A stretch of 64,000 nt of DNA from a bacterium (GCA_040756235.1 JBFLZG010000062.1:89913-153912), one strand, 5' to 3'; counted from the first letter of the stretch, positions 8,989 to 18,072 are shown. Program-made: numbers and translations. The notes: generated by a model not told the origin, from the sequence alone.

Positions 8989-10239
8989 TCAGGGATACAG
9001 ACCCCGCAGCACCATCGCATCCCTTACCCGCTGGACGGCCACAACGTAGGAAGCCAGCCGCATGTTGACTCTCTGGTCTTGGGAGATCTGCCAGACGCTC
9101 TCGAAGGCTTCTTCCATGATGCCCTTCAGCCTGGACTGGACTTCCCCCTCTGACCAGAAATAGCGCTCCAGGCCTTGCACCCATTCGAAGTAGGACACGG
9201 TCACGCCGCCCGCATTGGCCAGGATGTCAGGGAGGTGGTGCTTTCCTTTGCGGAAGAGGATGTCATCTGCTGCCGGGCTCACGGGCCCGTTTGCGCCCTC
9301 GACGATGATCTGCGCACGGACTCGGTCGGCATTGGCTTCATCGATCTGATGACCCAGGGCCGCCGGAATGAGGATCGTGCAGTCCAGCTCCAGCAACTCC
9401 TCGTTCGTGACCGAGTCGGCCCCCGGATACGCCGTTACGGAGCCGGTCCGGGCCTTGTGGGCGGCCACGGCGACCGGATCGAGTCCGCGGGGGTTGTAAG
9501 CTCCTCCCCGGCTGTCGCTGACGGCGACGATCCTGGCTCCCAACTCGTGAAGAATGCGGGCGGCGTTGTACCCGACGTTGCCGTAGCCCTGAACGGCGAC
9601 GGTCAGGTCCTCGAGATTTCGATGAAGCCGGCGGAGCAGAGACTGGATGACGAAGGCGCAGCCGCGGCTCGTGGCTTCGTTCCGCCCCGCGGAGCCGCCT
9701 ACGGCCATCGGCTTGCCCGTGACCACGCCGGGCTCTGCGTAGCCCACGGACATGCTGTAGGTATCCATGATCCAGGACATGATCTGGGGGTTGGTGTACA
9801 CGTCCGGAGCCGGGATGTCCGTGCGGGGACCGAAGACGTTGATCAGCTCCGAGGTGTAGCGGCGCGTGAGACGTTGGATCTCGGGTTGCGACATTTCCTT
9901 GGGGTTGCATGCCACGCCGCCTTTCGCGCCTCCGAACGGGATATTCACGACGGCGCATTTCCAGGTCATCCACATGGCCAGGGCCGATACCTCGTCCAGG
10001 GTGACCTCAGGGTGATACCGGATGCCGCCTTTGGCCGGGCCCCGGGAGGTATTGTGCTGGACGCGGTAGCCCGTGAAGACTTCGACGCTGCCGTCGTCCA
10101 TGCAGACCGGAACCGATACGATGAAGCTGCGGAACGGTGTGCGCAGCCTCTTGTGGATCGCCGGATCGAGACGGATCCGTTCGGCGACGATGTCGAGCTG
10201 GCGAACAGCCATTTCCATCGGGTTTTTCCTGGCTCTCAT
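8989..10239 (-). CDS. gdhA: Glu/Leu/Phe/Val dehydrogenase, most likely glutamate dehydrogenase
   Basis: GPAKGGIRYHP, MTWKCA, PFGGAKGG, DIPAPDV, VTGKP, GYGNVG, EGANGP, NAGGVTVSYFEW; start set at ATG 10239 (GAGGT RBS). Confidence 0.95.
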   Translation of the reverse strand: MRARKNPMEMAVRQLDIVAERIRLDPAIHKRLRTPFRSFIVSVPVCMDDGSVEVFTGYRVQHNTSRGPAKGGIRYHPEVTLDEVSALAMWMTWKCAVVNIPFGGAKGGVACNPKEMSQPEIQRLTRRYTSELINVFGPRTDIPAPDVYTNPQIMSWIMDTYSMSVGYAEPGVVTGKPMAVGGSAGRNEATSRGCAFVIQSLLRRLHRNLEDLTVAVQGYGNVGYNAARILHELGARIVAVSDSRGGAYNPRGLDPVAVAAHKARTGSVTAYPGADSVTNEELLELDCTILIPAALGHQIDEANADRVRAQIIVEGANGPVSPAADDILFRKGKHHLPDILANAGGVTVSYFEWVQGLERYFWSEGEVQSRLKGIMEEAFESVWQISQDQRVNMRLASYVVAVQRVRDAMVLRGLYP

Positions 10240-10490
10240 GGCTTCGACCTCACTTCTTGGGTGTTGAGTGACCGAGGAATGGAGGCCTCGGGGTCCGGTC
10301 CCTTGTGCGGAGTTGCCCCGCGGGCCCGGACCTGGGCTGCAACGGATGCTTCGTGGGACCCGTCCAAGTGAGTAGGACAGACGCAGGGGCGCCCGACTCC
10401 TGGTTCGAGAGAAGCGCCTGCACGTGGTCCGAGGGCAGACGATGCGGCCGGGAGGTCGGGACAAAAACTGAAATCGTAAAGGAGTCTTCC

Positions 10491-10670
10491 ATGAAGACCT
10501 TGAGCTGCAGGGACGTGGGGGTGGATTGCGACTTCGTAGCCAGGGGTAGAACAGAGGAGGAAATCTTCCGCAAGTGCGAGGAGCACGCCCGGAAAGACCA
10601 CAACATGCAGGGCATTCCGGACGATCTCCGCACGAAGATGCGAGGATTCATCCGTGAGGAGAGCCGGTGA
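10491..10670 (+). CDS. DUF1059 small metal-binding protein, 59 aa
   Basis: MKTLSCRDVGVDCDFVARGRTEEE......EHARKDH; AAGGAG RBS. Confidence 0.9.
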   Translation: MKTLSCRDVGVDCDFVARGRTEEEIFRKCEEHARKDHNMQGIPDDLRTKMRGFIREESR

Positions 10671-10680
10671 TTGATCCCAG

Positions 10681-10708
10681 CGGAGCGGGGCCGCTCGGCC
10701 CCGCTCCG
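10681..10708. terminator. Hairpin between convergent genes (probable bidirectional terminator)
   Basis: 12-bp stem CGGAGCGGGGCC / GGCCCCGCTCCG with a 4-nt loop. Confidence 0.6.
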
Positions 10709-10746
10709 TACGAGCGCCGCGGAGCGCGGGCCGGTCTGCCCCGGTC

Positions 10747-11172
10747 TCACTTGCGATTCCCGTTGCCATCGAGCATGCGCTTGGCTTCTGCCATGGACTC
10801 GAGCTTGGCGAAGGCGATGTGGCGGGGCAGATGGTTCATGCCGCAGCTGCTCGTGATGAGCGTCTGCTCGGGCGGAAGCCGGCGGTGGGCGCGTATTCTC
10901 TCCGCCACGGTCTTTTCCCAGAAGAAGTTGAGCATCGCGTTGGGCGGGGCATGGCGGTTGTTGGTGCGCCGGTGCATCTCGCCGCCCGTAATGATGTCGA
11001 TGCCGGCGATTTCCTGGTCCACGATCGCCGCCCGGGTGGTACGGAGCTGGGCGTCGGCCATGTTGGCTCGTGACACGCTGCCGGCTTCCATCTGCCGTTC
11101 CAGGGCTTCGTACCAGCGAGGTACGCGGTGGGAGCCTATGACCGTGGTCGTGTAAGGGTGATAGGTGGCCAT
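10747..11172 (-). pseudogene. Cobalamin-independent methionine synthase-like gene with a large in-frame internal deletion (141 aa)
   Basis: N-terminal motifs TTVIGS..PRW and DQEIAGIDIITGGEMHR joined directly to C-terminal VAERIR...SSCGM..LPR..AFAKL.SM; central HxC metal-binding region absent; AAAGGAG RBS intact. Confidence 0.75.
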
Positions 11173-11267
11173 ATTGCTCCTTTCCATGTGCACGCGCCGA
11201 ATGAACGACGAGCAGGATCTGCGGAAGGGGGGCATGCGGAGCCGGCCGTGTCCGCAGTCGACGCGGT

Positions 11268-11717
11268 TCAGTCGTCCAGGTGCGGCCCGGTTGTCAGTTC
11301 CCGGACGGTCTCGACGCAGAACCGAAGCTGGCTCTTGGACTGCGGGTACCTGCCCGGATGGCGTGCCTCCTCGGCCGGGTATCCATCGAGCGTTGCCAGC
11401 GGGAGGACCTGTTCCACCCTGGCGGTGAGCTCGAAGCCGCGGCCCTCCTCCTGGGCCAGAACGGCCACGGCGACCGTGGGGTTCTCCTCGAGGTTGCCGA
11501 TGGTTCTGCGGCAAAACCAGTTTTCGGTGGCCAGGTGCTCTTCATCCAGCAGGAGCAGACCCCTGGCGGCAGCGAGGTGGACCCGGCCTGCGCGGTCCGC
11601 ACTTGCGACCAGGATGACCCGGTCGGCTCCCAGCATCGATTTCAGAGATTCCGGGATTCTCATTTCCATGTGCCTGGAGGAGACCGGGCCGGGATGGGCC
11701 CGGTTCTCCTGCTCCAT
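11268..11717 (-). CDS. Pyridoxamine 5'-phosphate oxidase-like (FMN split-barrel) protein
   Basis: LVASADRAGRVHLA, FCRRTIGNLEENPTVAVAV, GFEL motifs; true start may be the later MEMRIP. Confidence 0.8.
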   Translation of the reverse strand: MEQENRAHPGPVSSRHMEMRIPESLKSMLGADRVILVASADRAGRVHLAAARGLLLLDEEHLATENWFCRRTIGNLEENPTVAVAVLAQEEGRGFELTARVEQVLPLATLDGYPAEEARHPGRYPQSKSQLRFCVETVRELTTGPHLDD

Positions 11718-11914
11718 TGCGTCTTACGTCGAACGGTTAGATGCGTCCGGGTGCATTCCGATCCTGCGCGCGAGGCCGGACTGCCGAGGCCCCGTGAGCC
11801 GTGCCGCAGCCGCTCTCGCGGACCTTGGCACCCGGGAAAAGGAATCGGCATCACAGACTATGAACGCAGCCGCACAGGGATTCTTGAAGGCGTACGTCCG
11901 AGGAGGAAGAGCCC

Positions 11915-13372
11915 ATGCCTGCGCCGGCCGAGATGCGCCGGGTTGCTGAGGCCGTCTGGGAGATCCCCGAGAGCTACAAGGAGGGGATGCGTGTGCCGGC
12001 GCGGATCTATGCTACCGAAAAGCTCCTGCAAGGCATGGACGACGGCGTATTCGACCAGATCACGAACGTAGCCACCCTCCCCGGGATCGTCTCGTACGCT
12101 TGCTGCATGCCGGACGGCCACTGGGGCTACGGCTTCCCGATCGGCGGAATGGCGGCCATGGACGCCGACGCAGGGGTGATCTCCCCGGGCGGGATCGGGT
12201 TCGACATCAACTGCGGCATGCGCCTCGTCGTCACCCGCCTCGTCTACGAGGAGGTGCGCCCGCACATGCGCGAGCTGGTGGACAGGCTGTTCGAGCGGGT
12301 GCCTGCCGGCGTGGGGAGCTCCGGGTTTGTCCGCGTCTCCAAGGACGAGTTCCGGTCGGTGCTGGAGCGCGGGGCGAGGTGGTGCGTGGACCAGGGTTAC
12401 GGATGGCGGGAAGACCTGGAGCGCACGGAGGAGGGCGGGTGCGTGGCGGGTGCGGACCCGGCCCGGATCAGCGAACGGGCCGTGGAGCGGGGGCTCAGGC
12501 AGATCGGCACCCTCGGCTCCGGCAACCATTACCTGGAGGTCCAGGTGGCCAGGCCGGAAAACGTGTTCGACCCGGACCTGGCCGCTGCCTTCGGCATCAC
12601 CCTCCCGGATCAGGTCGTCATCATGTTCCACTGCGGCAGCCGCGGGTTCGGCCACCAGGTCGCCACCGACTACCTGCAGATCTTTCTCAAGGCGATGGAG
12701 AGCAAGTACGGAATCCGCATCCTCGACCGGGAGTTGGCCTGCGCCCCTTTCAGCTCCCCGGAGGGGCGGGACTATTTCGCCGCGATGAATTGCGCGATCA
12801 ACATGTCGTTCGCCAACCGGCAGGTGATCCTGCATCGGATCCGGGAGGTCTTCACGGACCTGTTCCACAAGGATCCTGCGGACCTGGGCCTCCATCAGGT
12901 GTATGACGTGGCCCATAATACGGCCAAACTGGAGTCTCACGTGGTGGACGGCCGTACCCGCGTGCTCCTCGTCCATCGCAAAGGAGCGACCCGCGCCTTC
13001 GGGCCGGGCATGGAGGGTCTGCCCTCCGCCTACCGGCAGACCGGGCAGCCCGTGATCATCGGAGGCAGCATGGAGACCGGTTCCTACCTGCTTGCGGGGG
13101 TCGCGAGCGGGGCCGGGACCTTTTACACCACCGCTCACGGAAGCGGGCGGACCATGAGCCGGCGTCGGGCGAAGAGACAGTTCCAGGGCAAGAGGCTCCA
13201 GCAGGAGATGGAAGCACGGGGCATCTATGTTCGCAGCGTCAGCTTTGCCGGTCTTGCCGAGGAGGCCGGCGGAGCTTACAAAGACATCGACGACGTGATC
13301 GACGCCACGGCGCAGGCAGGGATCAGCAGAAGGGTGGTCCGGTTCGTTCCGGTCGGCAACGTCAAGGGGTAA
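11915..13372 (+). CDS. rtcB: RNA ligase RtcB (long, archaeal-like type, 485 aa)
   Basis: MPDGHWGYGFPIGG, GFDINCGMR, LGSGNHYLE, HCGSRGFGH, YDVAHN, HRKGATR, TAHGSGR, EEAGGAYK, terminal VKG; GAGGAGG RBS. Confidence 0.97.
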   Translation: MPAPAEMRRVAEAVWEIPESYKEGMRVPARIYATEKLLQGMDDGVFDQITNVATLPGIVSYACCMPDGHWGYGFPIGGMAAMDADAGVISPGGIGFDINCGMRLVVTRLVYEEVRPHMRELVDRLFERVPAGVGSSGFVRVSKDEFRSVLERGARWCVDQGYGWREDLERTEEGGCVAGADPARISERAVERGLRQIGTLGSGNHYLEVQVARPENVFDPDLAAAFGITLPDQVVIMFHCGSRGFGHQVATDYLQIFLKAMESKYGIRILDRELACAPFSSPEGRDYFAAMNCAINMSFANRQVILHRIREVFTDLFHKDPADLGLHQVYDVAHNTAKLESHVVDGRTRVLLVHRKGATRAFGPGMEGLPSAYRQTGQPVIIGGSMETGSYLLAGVASGAGTFYTTAHGSGRTMSRRRAKRQFQGKRLQQEMEARGIYVRSVSFAGLAEEAGGAYKDIDDVIDATAQAGISRRVVRFVPVGNVKG

Positions 13373-13486
13373 GGGAGAGCCTTGGCCCCAGGCGCTGCCG
13401 CCCGGAGCCCGCAACACTTTCGAGGGAGGGTGGTGAAGAACGCCCTCTCGAGGCTGGCGAGCTGATCGACAGCCCGGGAGTCGAAG

Positions 13487-14365
13487 GTGCGCACGCCGAT
13501 CGGATTGATCACAGGCCCGTTGGGCTGCGGCAAGACGACCCTCGTCCGGAACCTTCTCGAGGGCATGGGCGAACGCTTGGCGGTGATCGTGAACGAGTTC
13601 GGCGAGATCGCCATCGACAGCAAGATCATTGAAGGGGAAAATGTCCGCATCGTGGAGCTCGCCGGCGGGTGTGTGTGCTGCTCGCTGGCCGGGGAATTCA
13701 AGGCCGCTGTCGAGGAGATCCTGGGACGGTACGGTCCCGAGATGGTCCTGGTCGAGGCGACCGGGGTAGCGGAAGCGGACGCCCTCGTCCTGGAGGTGGA
13801 GGAGAGTCTGCCCGAGCTGCGGCTGGACAGCGTGATCTATGTCGTGGACGCTCACCTCTCCACCTTGTACCCGCAGATGGGATACGCCGCTCGCAAACAG
13901 CTTGAGGCGGCGGACATCATCCTGATCAACAAGAGTGATCTCGTGACGGACGCAGAGGCGTTTGAAGTCGAAAACCAGGTCAGGAAGTTTAGCAGGACCG
14001 CGGGCTGCATCCGTACCGTCCGGTGCCGGGTCGATCCTGCTCTTCTGTTCGGGTGGAGCGGCCGCGAGCGTGCCCGTCCGAGCGGGGGGGGCGGTGCGGC
14101 AAGCTTTGAATCGTTCAGCTTCACCAGCGACAGGAGGATGGATCGAGAAGCGTTTGTCGCCATGATGGAGGACCTTCCGCCCTCCATCTGGCGGGCCAAG
14201 GGGTTCGTCCGCTTCGCGGACGGCGAATTCTTGTTCAACTACGTGGTGGGGCGCATGGAGTTGGAGGAACACGGCACGGAACAGACCCGGCTCGTCTTTA
14301 TCGGCCGGCGAGTGGAACAAGAGCGAGATTCGGTCGTGGAGCGGCTCCGCCGATGCGAGGTGTAG
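13487..14365 (+). CDS. COG0523/CobW-family G3E GTPase (putative metallochaperone)
   Basis: Walker A GPLGCGKTT, VNEFG, GGCVCC metal motif, Walker B VEATG, NKSD, CobW_C-type RAKGFV and LVFIGR; GTG start. Confidence 0.93.
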   Translation: MRTPIGLITGPLGCGKTTLVRNLLEGMGERLAVIVNEFGEIAIDSKIIEGENVRIVELAGGCVCCSLAGEFKAAVEEILGRYGPEMVLVEATGVAEADALVLEVEESLPELRLDSVIYVVDAHLSTLYPQMGYAARKQLEAADIILINKSDLVTDAEAFEVENQVRKFSRTAGCIRTVRCRVDPALLFGWSGRERARPSGGGGAASFESFSFTSDRRMDREAFVAMMEDLPPSIWRAKGFVRFADGEFLFNYVVGRMELEEHGTEQTRLVFIGRRVEQERDSVVERLRRCEV

Positions 14366-14367
14366 GG

Positions 14368-14799
14368 TTGCCATACCGATACCTGGAGGAGGTCGCCACT
14401 GCAGACGTAGCTTTCGAGGCTTGGGGCGAGACCCTGGAAGAGATGTTCATCGCGGCCGCGGACGCGACCGTGAACGTGATGGTGGACGACCTCGAGACGC
14501 TGGCCGAACAGGTGAAGCGCCCGCTCGAAGCCGACGCGGAAACGGTGGAAATGCTGCTGTTTGCCGTGCTCCAGGAGCTGATCTACCTGAAAGACGCGGA
14601 AGGGCTCCTGCTGCGCCTGGTGCGGGCCGGGATCTCCTCGCTGGACGGCGGCTACCGGTTCGCGGGTGAAGCGCGGGGAGAGGCCATCGACGCCGCTCGG
14701 CACGAGCTTCTGGCGGACGTCAAAGCGGTCACCCTCCATCGGTTCCGCGTGGAGAAAGTTTCCGGCGGCTGGGAAACAATGGTCATTCTGGACGTCTGA
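14368..14799 (+). CDS. Archease
   Basis: [41 protein letters not shown], terminal ILDV; probable TTG start after GAGGTG (ATG 14353 is the alternative). Confidence 0.95.
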   Translation: MPYRYLEEVATADVAFEAWGETLEEMFIAAADATVNVMVDDLETLAEQVKRPLEADAETVEMLLFAVLQELIYLKDAEGLLLRLVRAGISSLDGGYRFAGEARGEAIDAARHELLADVKAVTLHRFRVEKVSGGWETMVILDV

Positions 14800-14885
14800 T
14801 CGTGGATGGTTTCGTTTGGGCCGCCGCCAGCGCAAGTCCGAAGAGGGGGTTGCGGGCAAGAGGAAACAATCGTCTTGGGAGCAAC

Positions 14886-15500
14886 ATGGCTCGTCATCTG
14901 GATTCCAAATGCAGGAAATGCCGGCATCTCGGGTTCTCGGTATGCGGCAGGGAGCGGTGCGCTCTGACCCGCAGAGACACGCCCCCGGGCATGCATCCCA
15001 ACCTGAACCGAAAAATGACCGATTACAGGATGCGGCTTCTGGAGAAGCAAAAGGTGCGCTTCTCCTACTGGGTCTCAGAGGCGCAGTTGAGATGCTATAT
15101 GAAGAGGGCCCTGTCCGGGAAAGGGAGCACGGGTGAGAACCTGCTGCAGCTTCTGGAACGGCGGCTGGACGTCGTGGTGTACCGATTGGGATTTGCCCCG
15201 ACCCTTCCGGCTGCCCGGCAGCTGGTGGTTCACGGACACATCCGGGTCAACGGCAAGAAAGTCGACCGGCCCGCGTACCTGGTCCGACACGGGGACCTCA
15301 TGGCCGTGAAAGAACCCAGCTCGAAGATGCCGCTGGTTCAGGAAGGCCTGGCGAAGAGCGCTGCGCGGCGCGATCTGCCTTACCTCAGCGTGGACCGGGA
15401 GAAGGTCGAGGGCCGATTTCTCTCGGCGCCGAGCCGTGAGCAGATTCCGCTCGATGTGAGCGAGAGCCTGGTCGTCGAGTACTACAGACGGTACATCTGA
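14886..15500 (+). CDS. rpsD: 30S ribosomal protein S4 (stand-alone, probable paralog)
   Basis: [72 protein letters not shown]. Confidence 0.96.
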   Translation: MARHLDSKCRKCRHLGFSVCGRERCALTRRDTPPGMHPNLNRKMTDYRMRLLEKQKVRFSYWVSEAQLRCYMKRALSGKGSTGENLLQLLERRLDVVVYRLGFAPTLPAARQLVVHGHIRVNGKKVDRPAYLVRHGDLMAVKEPSSKMPLVQEGLAKSAARRDLPYLSVDREKVEGRFLSAPSREQIPLDVSESLVVEYYRRYI

Positions 15501-15506
15501 GAAGAA

Positions 15507-15624
15507 GGTTTCAGGTATCGGGTGTTGGGTTTCAGGGCCCGCCCCCCACCCCGTGAGAGCGGCCAAAATCTGTCTAGGCGTCGGGGAGGGGCGGCCTGAC
15601 ACCTGAAACCTGATACCTGACACC
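15507..15624. repeat. Inverted arrays of degenerate heptamers forming a long hairpin between convergent genes
   Basis: GGTTTCA-GGTATCG-GGTGTTG-GGTTTCA faces CCTGACA-CCTGAAA-CCTGATA-CCTGACA; inner C-rich and G-rich arms also pair. Confidence 0.8.
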
Positions 15625-15627
15625 TGG

Positions 15628-16377
15628 CTAAATCCCCATGCCGCCGTCCACATTGTACACCGCGCCCGTGACATAGCTCGCACGGGGAGTCGCGAGGAAG
15701 TTGACGACTTCGGCGATCTCCTCCGGATCGGCGCTGCGCCCGAGGGGGATGAGCGCTTCCATCATCTGAATGTTTTTCTCCGTGAGGGCAGCGGTCATGC
15801 CGGTCTTCACGTACCCGGGCACCACCACGTTTGCGGTGACGCCCAGGGGCGCCATCTCCCTGGCCAGGGATTTCGTGAAACCGATGATGCCGGCCTTCGC
15901 GGAAGCGTAGGCGGTATCACCGGGCCATCCCCGATAAGCCACCAGCGACGATACGTTGATGATCCGGCCCCACTTCTCCCGGGAAAGATAGGGGATGACG
16001 GACCGGCAGCAGTGAAAGGTCCCGTAGAGCCCGGATCGAAGCACCCGGTCCCAATCATCGGCCGAAAGCTTGTGCACCAGCCTCCCCCGGTGGACCTGGG
16101 CGTTGTTCACCAGGATGTGGAGCTTGCCCATGGTCTCCACGGCTCGCGTCACCATGGTCTCCACCTGTTCGAGGGAGGCCACGTCGGCCCGGATGGCGAC
16201 TGCTCTGCGGCCGAGCTCGAGGATTCGATCCCGGACCTCGAGCGCGGCCGCTTCGTGGGACACGTAGTTGATCACCACATCTGCGCCTTCCCGGGCGAGA
16301 CGGATGGCCACGGCTTTGCCGATGCCGCGGGAGGAACCGGTCACGAGGGCAATCTTGCCGTGCAGGGAAGCTTCCAT
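15628..16377 (-). CDS. SDR family oxidoreductase, FabG-like
   Basis: TGSSRGIG, LVNNA, INVSS, YASAK, PGYVKT.M, P.GR...PEEIA, VDGG; GGAGGAG RBS. Confidence 0.93.
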   Translation of the reverse strand: MEASLHGKIALVTGSSRGIGKAVAIRLAREGADVVINYVSHEAAALEVRDRILELGRRAVAIRADVASLEQVETMVTRAVETMGKLHILVNNAQVHRGRLVHKLSADDWDRVLRSGLYGTFHCCRSVIPYLSREKWGRIINVSSLVAYRGWPGDTAYASAKAGIIGFTKSLAREMAPLGVTANVVVPGYVKTGMTAALTEKNIQMMEALIPLGRSADPEEIAEVVNFLATPRASYVTGAVYNVDGGMGI

Positions 16378-16781
16378 GTTCTCCTCCGGGCAACAGGGGT
16401 CGAAGAGCGCGCCTCGTTCCGTCCGGGATGCGGTCGGCGGGCTCGGGACGAGCGTAGAAAACACGGGCCTCGATGTCAAAGACGAGGCGGATGATGCACG
16501 CCCGCGGGGCGGCAGGAACGGGTGCCCCGGGCCGGATCCCGGAAGCCCCTGAATCCTGAAAAACGGCTGCACCGAGGTACGCGACAAGGGTCGGGAGGAG
16601 GATCCGGAAGGGAACCTGCCATCCTGTCGGTGCCTTTTACAGGAACGCCTCCGACGGTCCGTCCGGAGGGTTGGACGCGGAACCAGACGCAGCTCAGCGG
16701 TTTGGGGTATGTCATTGTAATCAGGAGCTATTTTGCCTTTGCTGGCGGAAATGAATGGAACCCGAGTGCTCCTCGGGTCGA

Positions 16782-16797
16782 TGGCACCCTGCTTGCA
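16782..16797 (+). promoter_or_regulatory. Sigma-54 (-24/-12) promoter
   Basis: TGGCAC-CCTGC-TTGCA, an exact match to TGGCAC-N5-TTGC, 60 nt before an ORF with a strong RBS. Confidence 0.8.
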
Positions 16798-16856
16798 GAA
16801 CCTCGGGGTGAGAGGCGCAAGCTTCCAACCCGCGAACATCGAAGGAGGATAGGACC

Positions 16857-17051
16857 ATGTACACCGAGCCTGGCGTACCCTTCTACATGGTGCTGAGTGT
16901 CTACCTGCCGTTGTTGCTGATGGGGTACCTGGCGGTGTTCCTTGCCCTGATGGTCCGGATGGCGCGTTTCTGTGCCTCGCTCGTGCACGGCAAGGAACGG
17001 GAGGAAAGGCCGCGGCGGGTCGGATTGGCCTACGAACCCGGCAGGGCGTAG
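16857..17051 (+). CDS. Small single-pass membrane protein, 64 aa
   Basis: AAGGAGG RBS, hydrophobic segment, charged C-terminal tail, directly after the sigma-54 site. Confidence 0.65.
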   Translation: MYTEPGVPFYMVLSVYLPLLLMGYLAVFLALMVRMARFCASLVHGKEREERPRRVGLAYEPGRA

Positions 17052-17332
17052 GGAATCTCGGCGGACCGGTGTCCGCCGCTGGACGGACGAGCCTCGAGGG
17101 ATGATGGACGTGCGCCGCGGCGCATGAGCAGAAGGTTGCTCGAAGCGACATCGTGCCCTCCGGCTCGTTCGCATGCCCCAACGGCGTTTCCCTTTCTTCT
17201 CCCGCCACGGATATGCTTTCCCGCCGACGAGCGGCCTGATCCCGCCTTGCCGGTCCTTGCGCGATTGCGTTTGCCCTCGACCCCGGGCTAGACTTCCGCT
17301 GTTTCTTGCGGCAGGTGCCCCTCGGAGGTCCC

Positions 17333-17902
17333 ATGAGATGGCGGAGAAGGGCGGCGCTGCGCCTGGCCGTCCTTGCGGTCATCGCGCTCGGGCTTGCGCG
17401 GTGCGGCGGCAGCGACGTCGAGCGCGTGCGCTCGGAAGACCAGCCTTGCCAGCCGTACGGGGACAGTACCTACCAGGGAACCTACGGGTTCGATGGGGAT
17501 GCGCTGGCGCTTCGGGTTTCCTCTGCGAGCGGGCAGTGCTGTGTGGTCATCGGTGCGGAGTGGGTCTATCAGGTCTGGGAGATCACCGAAACCACCTTGC
17601 GGATGGCGATGCAGGGTGAGGCGGAGGCAACGTGGCTGCGCGCAACCGGCAGTGCGGGGGACATTACCGGCCAATGGACCGGTCCGGACGGGGAGCTGTT
17701 GGACCTGCGGGAGGATTCGTCCTTTGCGGGTGCCGGCGATCCCCGCTGCTTCGAGCCGGCGCCCTGTGGAGCCGAGCGGCATTCGAGGGACGTGCGGTGC
17801 GGCACGATCGTTCTTTGCATGCTCTTGCCGGCTTTGTTTGCCTGGCTCCTGAGAGCCCGTGCAAGAGCTCGGCTCCTCGAGCGCGGGCCCGGGCCTTCCT
17901 GA
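17333..17902 (+). CDS. Putative Cys-rich lipoprotein with C-terminal TM and basic tail
   Basis: GGAGG RBS; MRWRRRAALRLAVLAVIALGLARC signal; C-terminal RCGTIVLCMLLPALFAWLLRARARAR. Confidence 0.7.
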   Translation: MRWRRRAALRLAVLAVIALGLARCGGSDVERVRSEDQPCQPYGDSTYQGTYGFDGDALALRVSSASGQCCVVIGAEWVYQVWEITETTLRMAMQGEAEATWLRATGSAGDITGQWTGPDGELLDLREDSSFAGAGDPRCFEPAPCGAERHSRDVRCGTIVLCMLLPALFAWLLRARARARLLERGPGPS

Positions 17903-18072
17903 CCTGCCGGCTGAAACGATCCCTCCGTCTGCGATCGCCCGGAACTCTGGCCAGGGTGGGCTGCCGGACGGCACGCGGGGGCCCGGCCGCGGAAGCGCGA
18001 GCGCTAATCTTTTCGCCGCTTGTGGCCGAGAAGAACGGTCAGGACACGGACGGGATGCGGAGGGTTCAGAGC

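Noticed and set aside
13373..13486. Possible tRNA or Y-RNA-like substrate gene after rtcB
   Set aside because: Only an imperfect hairpin (about 13420-13451); no T-loop or cloverleaf visible. A cmsearch would settle it.
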